64,000 nt of DNA from the NCBI GenBank assembly GCA_951406725.2, contig OX597816.1:2542001-2606000 (forward strand), written 5' to 3'. The notes under the pieces were generated by a model. It searched no databases and was not told where the DNA came from. It was given only the letters and a program-made list of their open reading frames with translations. The DNA is from Octopus vulgaris. Its lineage: Eukaryota. A program made the translations under genes and the position numbers. Positions 24,751 through 37,700 of this stretch are shown here, in pieces; the stretch's first letter is position 1; every line of letters starts with the position of its first letter.

Positions 24751-26057
24751 CTGTCAAACAGAAAACAAAATAAGAATCTCCTCTTAATTCCATTATTTAA
24801 TTATAACATTATGGACACAATAACGAGTTTAAAGAATTCTTGTGAAATATCCAAAGGTTTGTTATTTGTTGGATGAGATTTAATACTTGTAAGCCATATG
24901 TCTCATCTTGTATTTGTTTCAGTTGCTGGACTGCAGCCAAGCTGGAGCACTGCATTGAACGGGGATTTAGTCTCACAAATCCACCCCAGTATGTATTTCT
25001 TCTTTTTCTTTTTCAAAGCCTGCTATTTACTTTGTCAGCCACTTTTGCCAAACTGCTAAGTTATAGGGATGCAAACAAACCAACGCCAGTTGTCAAGCAG
25101 TGCAGGGACAAACACACACACATATGTTTACAATGGGCTTCCGTCTAACAGATTCCCTAACAAAGCCTTTAGTCAGCCCAGGGATATAGAATTTCTGGGG
25201 AAATATACAGCCTTTCTTTCAAATAATTTCGAAAATAATGAAGAATTTAATGAAACAACTTCGTCAGTATTAATTAAGTTGGTGTTTGGAACAAAAATTA
25301 ACATCAAATTTTAAAGGAAAGTTTTTAGATTATTCTAAAATAGAAAGTTTCTATCTTAGCAGCAAGTGTCGTAGCTAGCACGACCATACAGCTGACAGCA
25401 GATGCTGTGAACAAGGGGTCATCTGTAAACAGAACAAGGTGTTGGTATGAAAAGGGTTAAAAATATTTAACTGTATCATTTTCTAGAGATGAAGTCTACT
25501 GAATTAGTTTGTATTTTTCAATCCTGTGTGGAAGGCGTCACACAGTGGGACCGAATCCAAAACCATTTGATTGCAAAGAGAGCTTCTTAACCACACAGCC
25601 AAGCCAGCACTTATGTGGATTATCTAGATTAGTTAACTCTTTCTAATCTATGTCTGCAGATTGAGAACTGAGAAAATGTGAAAACACACAAGATAAAGAA
25701 AACCGTTTAACTCTTGTTAGAGATTCCAGGTGAATATCAATTCTTGGATCTTTCCAAACCATGAGAAAGTGACATTGCATTTTTCACAATAATTTTAAGG
25801 TTCACTTTTCCATGATTGCATAGACTGGATGGAATTCATTGAAGAATTTCTACAGCAGGATGCTCTTCTTGTCTCCAGCCTTCAACCAAGAAATGCAATA
25901 TTTCCAATCAAGGCAATATTTCCTCGTGGAATCACATGTTTTCCACGGAAAACTGGAAATGAGCAGCATTACTTGGATGCTGGTGTGATGCTTCTTTACA
26001 ACCATCACATGATGTGAAGACAAGGCTGTGCATGCACACACAGTTTATAAAATATAA

Positions 26058-26320
26058 TAATGAAATTATTGTATACAGTGCTCAGGTGCACCACAACTTG
26101 TCAAAAGTGCGTATAAAGCATATGCAGTAATGTACAAATGTCTGGAAAAAGAACAGTGTATGAGTCAGATCCATGCTTGCGTGTGTATGGAGAGGAGAAA
26201 GATCAGGTGTAGTGTTGGCGAATCTCAGGAAACATGGAAGTTTTGAAGGATGCAGTGCTCCGACAACTAACAACTGATGCCAGCAGTTTGTTCCATACTT
26301 CAGCAACTCTCAGTGTGAAA
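26058..26320 (-). mobile_element. CR1-clade LINE 3' end (short copy)
   Basis: Reverse complement of ~37420-37685. Confidence 0.8.
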
Positions 26321-26355
26321 ATATATATAAAATATATATACATAAAATATATATA

Positions 26356-26670
26356 TATATAAAATATAAATTAGAGATACAACCACTATTATGCAACTCA
26401 AACAGTGATAGACATAAACCAATACATAAATAACAAATAATATATATTTTTATAAAACATATAACTTATAACTAGATTTCAAAAGGTATAAAATGAATGT
26501 TTTTACTTATTATATTATATATTGATCATTCATTTTATACCTTTTGAAATCTAGTTATAAGTTATATGTTTTATAAAAATATATATTATTTGTTATTTAT
26601 GTATTGGTTTATGTCTATCACTGTTTGAGTTGCATAATAGTGGTTTTATCTCTAATTTATATTTTATATA
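26356..26670. repeat. Long AT-rich inverted repeat (~144-bp arms, ~27-bp spacer)
   Basis: 26356-26499 is the reverse complement of 26527-26670, with one mismatch seen. Confidence 0.92.
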
Positions 26671-27336
26671 TTTATACTGTGAAATTTGATTTAATACTAA
26701 ATTGAATTTTCCCCTGTAAGTCTGGAGTTATACTCCCTAATATTATTATATATATATATATATATATAAATATATATATATATCATCATCATCATCATTT
26801 AACGTCCGCTTTCCATGCTAGCATGGGTTGGACGGTTCAACTGGGGTCTGGGGAGCCCGAAGGCTGCACCAGGCCAGTCAGATCTGGCAGTGTTTCTACA
26901 GCTGGATGCCCTTCCTAACGCCAACCACTCATCAGTGCCACATAAAAAATAGTACCCATGCTAAAGCCATGTAAATAAAAAAAACATGGTACCAGCACCA
27001 CATATAAAGCAGCAGAGCCAGCACCATGTTCAAAGCACCCAGTCCACCCTGTAAAGTGGTTGGCATTAGGAAGAGCATCGAGCTGTAGAAACCCTGCCAA
27101 AACAGATGACTGGTGCAGCCCTCCAGCTTATCACCCCACTGTCAAACCATCCAACCCATGCCAGCATGGAAAAGAGACATTAAAGGATGATGATGCTCAG
27201 GACAGAAGACATTTGTCCAAGATGTTGTGCAGTGGAACTGAACCCAAGCCACATGATTTGGAAGTGAGCTTCCTAACCAAGCAGCCAAAAGAAATTGTTA
27301 AAACCAAGTTTGAAATGCAAAGAAATTCTGGCTTAC

Positions 27337-27518
27337 CTGAAGGGCAGGAGAAGAATATTTGTAGGAGGAAAGCATCTGAACTGCGGGTGGAGACAAAGAA
27401 TAAAGCTGACCTTCGTGGGAATTACCAAGGTAACAGAACATTTCCATTTTGGGGTCACATTTAATGGATTGTAGGGGGAAATCTGAGTCACACTGACTTG
27501 GTGTTCCTTGTCCTGATG
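27337..27518 (-). CDS. HPS3: HPS3 exon 4 (...MEMFCYLGNSHEGQLYSLSPPAVQMLSSYKYSSPALQ)
   Basis: Matches LFCFFSLPHVGYLY...LMSVYQYPEKSQQ; CAG acceptor and GTAAGC donor; 182 bp, phase 1-0. Confidence 0.9.
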
Positions 27519-28639
27519 CTGTGGGGAAAAAAAGATAAAAAAAACTAGCATTGGAAAGATAATTCTTACAGTTCATTATAGAAAGACTTTACATTAGAAA
27601 GACTTTACATTATAGAAAGACTTTACATTAGAAGGGGATGCAGAATTCTTTGTGAACTGAAATAAATGCTACATGAAGATGGTTGTGAAATGGCTGTAAT
27701 TCTCTGGATTTGAAAACTGAGGGAACCAGACAGATGGAACCAGATAACCTGCCTTTGTGTAGCATTCCTACTCATCCATGAAGAGGTGCTGGATTTAGGG
27801 TTTCAGGCGCTGGGTCCAGGCACACCCCAACTGACTAAATGTTTGAATGTGTCCTCATTAGCCAATTCAGTAATGAGTTTATTAGCAGGCATCCCATTAG
27901 GAAAGATGCAAGAGCTTTCTGTACATTCCTAAAATTAGGCATATACAGAATGGGTTTATGAAGATTAGAAGAGGTGTAAGTGGGTCTTTTACGATGAGAA
28001 TGGTTGAGGAGGAAGTACATGAATTTGTGCAGGAGAGAGACTGTGCAGGCTGCACACACACACACACACACATACTTCTAAAGAAGGAAATAAATGAATG
28101 CTCAAATTCTTTGTTTTCCTTGTTATCAGTGTATCTACTTTTATATCTATATTAAAAAGAAAATGTTTCCTTCTCGAGCTCATAAGGGCCAGTTTCCTTG
28201 TTTCCATGGCATACATCTTCCCCACCTGGATGCGACACAGGTCCATCGCAGTGTTACTCATTTTTGCCAGCTGAGTGGACAGGAGCAACGTGAAATGAAG
28301 TGTTTTGCTCAAGGACACAACATGTCACACCGTCCAGGAATTGAAACCACAATCTTACGATCATGAGTCCAACACTCCTAACCACCAAGCCACATAACCT
28401 CCACTTTTTATATAAGACCAAAATCACTGACAAGGCTTTGATCATATCAGGCACGAAATGCCATGCAGCAGGACTGATCCCAAGACCACACGGTCAGGAA
28501 GCAAGCTTCTGAACCGCAGTGCCATGTCTTCAGGTTGTTGTTCTTGTTATTTGGTGTTTTGTTCTGTCAGGATTTTGGATTTCATAAACTAAGGGAGATA
28601 ATCAGGGAGACGGGAAAGTGGCCAACCAACAGAATTATA

Positions 28640-29040
28640 GTTTTCTACTCTAGGCACAAGGCCCGAAATTTTGGGAGAGGGAGCTAGTCGATTAGATCGA
28701 CCCCAGTGCGTAACTGGTACTTATTTAATCGACCCCGAAAGGATGGAAGGCAAAGTCAACCTCGGCAGAATTTGAACTCAGAATGTAAAGACAGACGAAA
28801 TAGCTATTTCTTTACTACCCAGAAGGGGATAAACACAGAGGGGACAAACAAGGACAGACAAACGGATCAAGTCGATTATATCGACCCCAGTGCGTAACTG
28901 GTACTTATTTAATCGACCCCAAAAGAATGAAAGGCAAAGTCGACCTCGGCAGAATTTGAACTCAGAACACAAAGACAGATGAAATACTGCTAAGCATTTC
29001 ACCTGGAATGCTAATGTTTCTGCCAGCTCACCACCACCTT
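28640..29040 (-). mobile_element. SINE (AAGGCGGCGAGCTGGCAGAA-headed family), dimeric form
   Basis: Duplicated core gtcgacctcggc..gaactcag / ggggtcgat. The same dimer recurs at 53583-53965; monomers at ~370-575, 2585-2765, 2890-3120, 20320-20535, 30208-30430, 55775-55950 and 60362-60580. Confidence 0.82.
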
Positions 29041-29064
29041 AGCAACATAATCATTGATACTTAC

Positions 29065-29172
29065 CTGAGTATATACATAGCAGCTGCATGTGTCTCCATG
29101 AAATATCAGGTAAACCAATCTTATAAAGTAATGTGTCAGCTTTAATTTTTCCATTTACAAAAACACTTTGAT
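29065..29172 (-). CDS. HPS3: HPS3 exon 3 (DQSVFVNGKIKADTLLYKIGLPDISWRHMQLLCIYS)
   Basis: LLY...PD...MQLLCIY matches human LLYRRFAPD...LQLLPIY; CAG acceptor and GTAAGT donor; 108 bp, phase 1-1. Confidence 0.88.
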
Positions 29173-29575
29173 CTGCAAAAGAAGAAAAGATCGAATGAAT
29201 AAATATTGAACCTTTTATTGATTGGTCAGGGAACAGAATCGATATTTCATAATCCCAATAGTTTCTTCATATTTTTGTACAACACAAACACTCCCCCACC
29301 CCACAAGATCCAGTTGCACTTATTGGCTGATCTAATTAACTCTGGTCAGTGATTAACAGCTGATGATGTTTGATATGTCATACAAATGAATCAAAAGATC
29401 AAAGTCTCAAATAGTTTTATTTTAATAACTTTTCCACCAAATTTTAATCACATACCTACAGTTGAAATAATTATCATTTTTGTTATTATTATCTATTACA
29501 CGATAATTCAGTTAGCAGGCATTTTATCTTGATGTTTGGTGAAAACAAATTATTATTATTATTATTATTATTATC

Positions 29576-30192
29576 ATTCAGTAATCTTATTTTTATATCG
29601 TGCTTTCACTTCACTACCGAGTGCAGCTCTGTGTGCCTTGGGTATGTGCTGTGGTTTGTTGTGGTGCTCTTATTTTCACTGTATTGAAAGTGTTTTGCAT
29701 AGGATGTGCGCAATGCCCAGTAGTGCTATTTTCTGTATGTTATACATGCTTGTTAGTCCTGGTGTTTTACTTATGTATTTGTCTGAATATTTTTTTACCG
29801 TACCTAATATGCCTATGATAGGAATTGTTTCTGTTTTTAAACTCCACATTCGAGTTACCTCTATTTCCAGGTTTTTGTATTTTGAAATTTTCTCCATTTC
29901 TTTTAGAGACATTGTCATCTGCTGGTATTGATCCATTGATTAGAAAGCAATTTTTTTCTTGATGATCTTTGATAACGATATCCAGCGTATTGGCCTTAAT
30001 TTCTCTATCTGTATGTATCGGCGTATCCCATTGTATGGTTGCTTTCTCGTTTTCTGTGACCTTTTCTGGTGTGTGCCTATACCATCTTTTTTCTGTTGTT
30101 ATTCCATAATGTTGGCATAGCTTCCAGTGTATATAGGTCGCAACTCTGTCGTGTCTGTGAATATATTCCTTCTTAGCCAGGACTGGGCAGCC
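29576..30192 (-). mobile_element. Dong/R4-clade non-LTR retrotransposon 3' fragment (RLE endonuclease) inside a (TAA)n repeat
   Basis: GCPVLAKKEYIHRHDRVA..IHW.LC...ANTLDIVI...EKISKYKNLEIEV...IPII..LG; ATT repeats on both sides (29549-29574 and 30193-30207). Confidence 0.85.
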
Positions 30193-31071
30193 ATTATTAT
30201 TATTATTAAGGTGGTGAGCTGACAGAATCGTTAGAGTGCAGAACAAAGAAATGTTGCATTTCTTCTGGTTCTATATTCTGTGTTCTGTGTTCAAATCCAA
30301 CATGTTGCCCTTCATCTCTCTGTGGAGAATGGGGGTCGATAAAATAAAGTACCAGTCAAGTGCTGGGGTCAATGTTAATGATGAGTTCTTCCTTCAAAAC
30401 TAATTTAGGCCGGGAACCTAAATTAGAAACCATTAAGAAGCTTGCTTCCTGAGCATGTGGTCTTGGGGTTAGTCTTAGTATGGCAAAGCCCTGATATGAT
30501 CAAAGCCTAAATTTGAAGCCATTATCATAACTCTGTCATTATTGGAATAACAGAATTATTACAGCATTAAAGCAAATACCTTGTGGTATTTGGTTATAGT
30601 TTTTTCCATTCTGAGTTCATATCTCACCGAGGTCAATAACGTGAGGTGTCAGTCATGTAAAGGAATTAATAATGTAATTGACTTTGGTTAATGCACATTA
30701 CTCTGTAAGGAGCACGGGGGATGGAAGGGGGGGGCAGTTTCTCTGGTGTAAATATATTCCTCCCTGGATGGGATGCCAGTCCCTCACACGTTTACTCATT
30801 TTCACCAGTCAAGTGGACTAGAGAGCAATGTGAAATGAAGGGTTCTGCTCAAGAACACAACACATCACCCAGTCCAGGAATTGAAACCACAATGTTACAA
30901 TTATGTGTCTGACACCCTAACCACTCAGCCATGCATCTCCACAAATAATTGACTTCACTGGTCCCTAAAATCTGACAGCTTGTACTGATATTAGAAATCC
31001 CACTTTATACCACAATAAAAATAATACAAGGACCAGAAATGTCTATTGAGGGACATTACAATCCCCTTCAA

Positions 31072-31435
31072 TCATCATCATCATCATCATCATCATTTAA
31101 CGTCCGCTTTCCATGCTAGCATGGGTTGGACGGTTTGACCAGGGTCTGGTAAGCCATGGAGGCTGCACCAGGCTCCAGTCCGATCTGGCAGTGTTTCTAC
31201 AGCTGGATGCCCTTCCTAACGCCAACCACTCCAAGAGTGTAGTGGGTGCTTTTTACGTGCCACCGGCACAGGGGCCAGCGCAGGCTGGCAAACGGCCACA
31301 ATTAGTTGGTGCTTTTACGTGTCACCGACACAGACGCCAGTCAGGCGATGCTAGTAACTGCTACGCTCGAACGGTGCTTTTACGTGTCACCAGCACTGGT
31401 GTTTTAACTACAATTACCATTTGAATTTTTGATGT
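31072..31435 (-). mobile_element. RTE 3' tail fragment
   Basis: Same family; contains ~55-60 bp internal ggtgctttttacgtgccaccggcac units. Confidence 0.85.
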
Positions 31436-32477
31436 CATTATAAAAAAGTTTCCTAAATTCGCCAAAAACACAAACTGATAAAAGGAATCCAGATTGTTTG
31501 GCAACTGGAACCAGTGACAGTCACAGCAACCATCAGGAAAAGAGGGGCTGTGAAATAAACAGAACCATCAAGTGGTTTAATGCCTACGTTTCTTTAATTG
31601 CATGAGTCAGACAGATTTTTCATGAGACACATTTCCTATCACCTGGGACCTTTCCTGTGGCCAACCCCAACCTGTTTCCAAATGAGATTATATTTCTTCA
31701 TGGCCAGGCACGTTTCCACAGAAAACTGGAAACGAGCAACATGTCTTGTATGGTGGCGCTTATTTACCGCTATTTCATAATTTCAAGAAACACACACACA
31801 CACACACACACACAAGACAGTCTTCTTTCGGTTTCTGTCTACCAAAGCCACCCACAAGACTTTGGTCAGTCTGCAGCTATGGTAGAATATTTTTGCTACA
31901 GACAGACTGAACCAGGAAGCATGCGGTTGGCAAAGAAACTTGTTAACTCCGCAGTCAGACCTATGGAACTGATCAGTAGATTGGTCAAACAACTGGTGGT
32001 TTCAAGATGCACAAAATACAACAAACTGTTTCTTGTTCAAACTGACTTTCTCCTTTCAAGAGCTCACAGTCGGCCAATAACCTGGTTGGAAACTGCAATG
32101 TATTATTGCAACAGAACAGATTTGAATGTTGAGTTTGTTGTACACTCTGCTGAGTGGTTGGCATTAGGAAGGGCATCCAGCTGTAGATCTTTGCCAGATC
32201 AGATTGGAGCCTGGTGCAGCTTCCTGGCTTCCCAGACCCCTGTCAAACCATCCAACCCATGCCAGCATGTAAAGCGGACGTTAAACGACAATGATGATGA
32301 ACCCATATTGGCATGAAAGACAAAATAAAATACAAAAAAAATAAAAATGAACAAAAAAGAAGGAAGAATGTTTGGTTTTTTTCTTCCTAATTTTTGCTTT
32401 GTGTCCTTGTTTATGCCTTGAACAATCTGTGACTTTCTTGATTTAACTTTCCTTATAATAAATAATTAAGTTATTGA

Positions 32478-32820
32478 TTGGCCGTCTGCCAGCCTCGTCT
32501 GGCACCTGTGTCGGTGGCACATAAAAACACCATCCGAGCGTGGCCGTCTGCCAGCCTCGTCTGGCACCTGTGTCGGTGGCACATAAAAACACCATCCGAG
32601 CGTGGCCGTTCGCCAGCCCCGTCTGGCACCTGTGTTGGTGGCACATAAAATCACCCACTACACTCTCGGAGTGGTTGGCGTTAGGAAGGGCATCCAGCTG
32701 TAGAAACACTGCCAGATCTGACTGGCCTGGTGTAGCCTTCGGGCTTGCCAGACCCCAGTTGAACCGTCCAACCCATGCTAGCATGGAAAGCGGACGTTAA
32801 ACGATGATGATGATGATGAT
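32478..32820 (+). mobile_element. RTE 3' tail fragment
   Basis: Same family, with three near-identical internal units. Confidence 0.85.
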
Positions 32821-33146
32821 TATTATGAGTAACAGATATGATAATTGATAATTGATTTATAATAAAATCTTAATTTATTATTACAAGTAAAAAAATTACA
32901 GTGACAATTTCATACAGAAATACGTTTCTTTATCATCATCAGCATCATCATTTTAACGACCACATTTCAATGTTTGCAGGAGTCAGATGGTGTTTATCGA
33001 AGTAGACAGAGTTTATATTCCACAACTGGATGCTCTTCCCATCACCAACCCTTAACTGTTCTCAAGGAAGGTAATATTTACCCACAGTCAAACATGTTTC
33101 TATTGAAGATGCTCATTCACAGTTATCATGCAATGCTGAGATGAGG

Positions 33147-33184
<38 letters not shown>

Positions 33185-33775
33185 CAATCATCATCATTTA
33201 ATGTCCATTGTCCATGCTGGCATGGGCTGGACAGTTTGACCAGGGTTGGTATGCTGGAAGGGCTGCAACAGACTCCAGTCTGATTTGGCATGGTTTTCTA
33301 CAGCTGGATGCCCTTCCTAACAATGCCAAACACTCCAAGAGTGCAATGGGTGCTTTTATGTGCCACCAGTACAGGTGCCATTTGCATGACACCAGTGTCT
33401 GCCATAACTGCAATTTTGCTCGGCTTGATGGCTCTTCTTTTCAAGCATGACACAATGCCAAAGATCTTGGTCATTGCCTCTGTGAGGCCCAAAACTTGAA
33501 AGGAACTCAGCCACTTTGCCTCTGGGAGACCCAATATGTATATACACACAAACACACGTTCTTGGCTTTATGAAAGTCCTGGTTGGAGGCCCAACCTTCT
33601 CAGTTCTTTTACAAGGCATAGAAAAACTGAAGGACTGCTGCAATAAGTGTGAATCTGAGAGGGGAAGGTGTTGGATAGAATCATGATTAACTGATCCTCC
33701 TCTATTTTCTTTTATCCAAAGCCAGGAACTTTTCAACACCCCCTTGCATGTATGTATGTGTGTGTGTGTGTATAT

Positions 33776-36700
33776 ACATCATCATCATCATTGTTTAACG
33801 TCTGCTTTCCATGCTAGTATGGGTTGGACAGTTTGACTGAGGACTGGCGAACCAGATGGCTGCACCAGGCTCCAATCTTATCTGGCAAAGTTTCTACAGC
33901 TGGATGCCCTTCCTAATATCAACCACTCTGAGAGTGTAGTGGATGCTTTTACATGCCATCTGCACAGGAGCCAGTCCAGTGGCACTGGCAACGACCTCAC
34001 TCAAATGTTTTTTACGTGCCAGAAGGGCAATGCTGGTAACGATCACGCTTGAATGTTGCTTTTTATGTGCCACCGGCATGGAAGCCATCAGCTGCTCCAG
34101 CAACGATCGTGCTCGGATGGTGCTCTTAGCGCTCCACTAGCACGGATGCCAGTCATCAAATTTGAATTCGATTTCACTTGCCTCAACAGGTCTTCGCAAG
34201 CAGAGTTTAGAGTCCAATGAAGGAAAGGTACGCATAAGTGGGCTGGTTACACCCCTGGCATAGGCCAAGAGGTTATGGTCTCACTTGGCTTGCCGGGTCT
34301 TCTTAAGCACAGCATATTTCCAAAGGTCTCGGTCACTAGTCATTGCCTTGGTGAAGACTAATGTTCAAAGGTCTTGCTTCACCACCTCGTCCCAGGTCTT
34401 CCTGGGTCTATCTCTTCCACAGGTTCCTTCAACCGCTAGGGTGTGGCACTTTTACACACAGCCATCCTCATCCATTCTTGCCACATGACCATACCAGCAA
34501 AGTCATCTCTCTTACACATGACATCTGATGCTTCTTAGGTCCAACTTTTCTCTCAAGGTACTTACACTCTGTCGAGTATGCACACTGACATTACACATCC
34601 ATTGGAGTATACTAGCTTCATTCCTTGTGAGCTTACACATGTCCTCAGCAGTCACGGCCCATGTTTCACTGACATGTAGCATGGCTGTTCGTACACATGC
34701 ATCATACAGTCTACCTTTTACTCTGAGCGAGAGGCCCTTTGTCACCAGCTGAGGTAAGAGCTCTCTGAACTTTGCCCAGGTTATTCTTATTCTAGCAGCT
34801 ACACTTTCGGCACACCCACCACAGCTACTGATTTGATCACCTAGGTAACGGAAGCTATCAACTACTTCTAGTTTTTCTCCGTGGAATGTGGCTGAAGTTG
34901 TTTTCTGCACATTTTCAGTGTTTATTGCTCCTGAGCATCTGCCACATACAAAAACTATCTTCCCACTTAGCCTTCCTCTGATATTGTGGCGCCTCTTATG
35001 TGTCCATAGCTTACACAGGGTACATCTTATGGAGTTTCTACCTACACCTTTACTACAGATCGAGCAGGGTCATCTACCTGAAGGGATTTATGGTTTACCT
35101 GCCTTCCTACTTATTAGGACTTTGGTTTTAGCTAGGTTGATTCTAAGGCCCTTCGATTCTAATCCTTGCTTCCACACCTGAAACTTCTCCTTTAGTTCTG
35201 ATAGTGACATAGCAATTAGAGCAAGGTCATCAGCACAGAGGAGCTCCCAGGAGCATCCTGTCTTGAATTCCTCCGTTATTGCCTGGAGGACTACGATAAA
35301 TAGGAGGGGGCTGAGGACTGAGCCTTGGTGGACCCCTACCTCTACCCTGAATTCTTCACTGTACTTGCTGCCAACCCTCACCTTACTGACAGCGTCCCTG
35401 TACATGGCTTGCACAGCTCTCACTAACCATTCATCTATCCCAAGTTTCTTCATTGACCACCAGATAAGGGATTAGGGGACCCTGTCGAAGGCTTTCTCCA
35501 TGTCAACAAAAACCAGGTACAGGGGCTTATCTTTGGCTAGGTATTTCTCTTGCAGCTGTCTTACCAGAAATATAGCATCAGTGGTACTTTTCCCTGGCGC
35601 GAACCCAAACTGCATCTCATCTAAACTAACTCTCTCTCTAATCAGTTGGGCTATGACCCTCTCCGTAACCTTCATTACCTGATCCAACAGCTTGATACCT
35701 CTGTAATTATTTATATCTAAAGCGTCACCTTTACCTTTGTAGCAGTTCACTATTATGCTGCTACACCAGTCATTGGGTATGACTCCTTCGTGTATCACCT
35801 GGTTAACTATGCAGGTGACTAGGCTATAGCTGACACTACCAGATATTTTGAGCATCTCTGCAGTAATTCCTGATGGGCTGGAGGCTTTCCCTGTCTTCAT
35901 ACTCTTAATTGCTTTATCTACCAAGGTACTGTCAACTTAAATTGCTGGTCCCTCTGTTGGGTTGACAATCAGCAGACTCTCTTTCTCCCATTCATTTTCT
36001 TTATTCAACAACCATTCATAGTGGTTGGTGTCTCCAAGTCTCTCTCTTTGCAACCTCGTTTAGTGCAAGAGAACCATCATCCATGCGGACATATTTCTCT
36101 CCTACAACATCACGATTCTCTCTCACACACTGTCTTGCAACAAGAAATACCTCAAGTCTTTGGTCCTCACGGCACAGAACATTGGCAATTTTTTTCTTAT
36201 CTGCTTCCCCTCTGGCTAAATAAACCTGTCTCCTAGCTTCCCTTCTGGCAGTCTGATATAATTCCCTGCTACCACCGTTCTTCCAGTCCTTCCAAGCCTG
36301 TTTCTTTTCTCTAATAGCCCTATCAAAAACACTGTTTCACCACCATGTTATTTTGGGCTGAGAGGGGACTTTGCACCATCCACAGATCTGGTCAGTGGCT
36401 CTCAGCAGGCTGTCCCATAGAAACCTCCAGTTGTCTTCTACATCATGTGAAGCTATATCCCCTTCTATTTCGTCAAAGGCTTTGAGTAATATGTCTCTAA
36501 ATCTCTGTCCATTCACAGGATCTTTAAGCTTCCAGACCCTTCTCCCCCATGCTGGTCGTCTTCTGGGCATCCACTTTTCCCTGATCCTGAAGTCACTACC
36601 TACCAGTCTATGTTGTGGGGTACATTCTTCACCTGGGAAGGTTTTGGCATTTATAAGCAGCCATCTTTCCCTTTTTCTGGCGAGGATGTAGTCAATTTGA

Positions 36701-36857
36701 CTAGTGTGTCTGCCAGAACGGTAGGTGACTAGGTGCCTGGCAGGTTTCTGAAGTTAGTATTGCAAACCATAAAATCATTTGCATCGCAGAACTCCAGCAG
36801 CCTGGTTCCCTCCTCATTGTGGGGACCAAAACTGTAGTCTGTTGTCCAACATGTCCA
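33776..36857 (-). mobile_element. RTE-clade LINE, 5'-truncated and disrupted (APE C-term, RT, 3' UTR, (GAT)n tail)
   Basis: ORF fragments FNGHVG (APE), NYRGIKLL, QFGF..GKSTTDAIF, FVDMEKAFDRVP, GVHQGSVLSPLLF, LCADDL, FRYLG; contains stops and frameshifts. Confidence 0.95.
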
Positions 36858-37269
36858 TTGAAGTTATATATGCATGTATGTATATATATATATATATATA
36901 TATGTCTGTATATATATACATATATATGTATGTATATACACACACACACACACACACACATAACAGGTTCCTTCCAGTTTCTGTCTACCATATCCACTGA
37001 CAAGGTTTGGTCATCCCAGGGGTATAGCAGAAGACTAGCCCAAGGTGCCACACAGTAGGATTGAACCTTAAACCTATATAGTTGGAAGGCAAACTGCTCA
37101 ACCACACAGCCATGCGTGTACCAATTGATTGTTTCAACTTCAAAAATTATCTTTAATTAATAAAAGAATTCGTTTCCCTACACTGTCTGTGCTGTCGTTT
37201 ACTCATATCAATCGTCTGGAAGCTGTTCAGTGATGTGCAACCAAAAGAATACCCTCCATCAGGCATTTG

Positions 37270-37700
37270 CCATATCCTGAACGCTTTACTTCCCATAAAA
37301 TTATCAACCATCTTACAAACAATAACTCTGAGCACCTTTTCAAACTCCACCCATCTAACACCCGTGGACATATTTACAAAGTAAGAAAACAGCACAGCTC
37401 CCATGACTTCAGGAAACATTTTTTCACGCTGAGAGTTGCTGAAGCATGGAACAAACTGCCGGCATCAGTTGTTAGTTGTCGGAGCACTGCATCCTTCAAA
37501 ACTTCCATGCTTCCTGAGATTTGCCAACACTACACTTGATTTTCTCCCCTCCATACACACACAAGCATGTATCTGACTCATACATTGTTCGCTTTCCAGA
37601 CATTTGTACATTACTGCATATACTTTATATGCACTTTCTGACAAGTTGTGGTGCACCTGAGCACTGTATACAATAATTTCATTATTATTATTATTATTAT
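37270..37700 (+). mobile_element. CR1-clade LINE 3' end
   Basis: NTRGHIYKVRKQHSSHDFRKHFFTLRVAEAWNKLPASVV..FK plus 3' UTR ending in (ATT)n. Confidence 0.85.

Noticed and set aside
27578-27632. Short tandem repeat tagaaagactttacat x3 (similar doublets at ~21660 and ~40660)
   Set aside because: Ordinary slippage duplications with no further structure.
31657-32316. 219-aa plus-strand ORF
   Set aside because: A patchwork of SINE, CA repeat and RTE-tail sequence with no protein-family signal.
37180-37277. Possible minus-strand exon (IWQMPDGGYSFGCTSLNSFQTIDMSK) in HPS3 intron 2
   Set aside because: No HPS3 similarity, weak splice sites, and exons 2 and 3 already join in phase.
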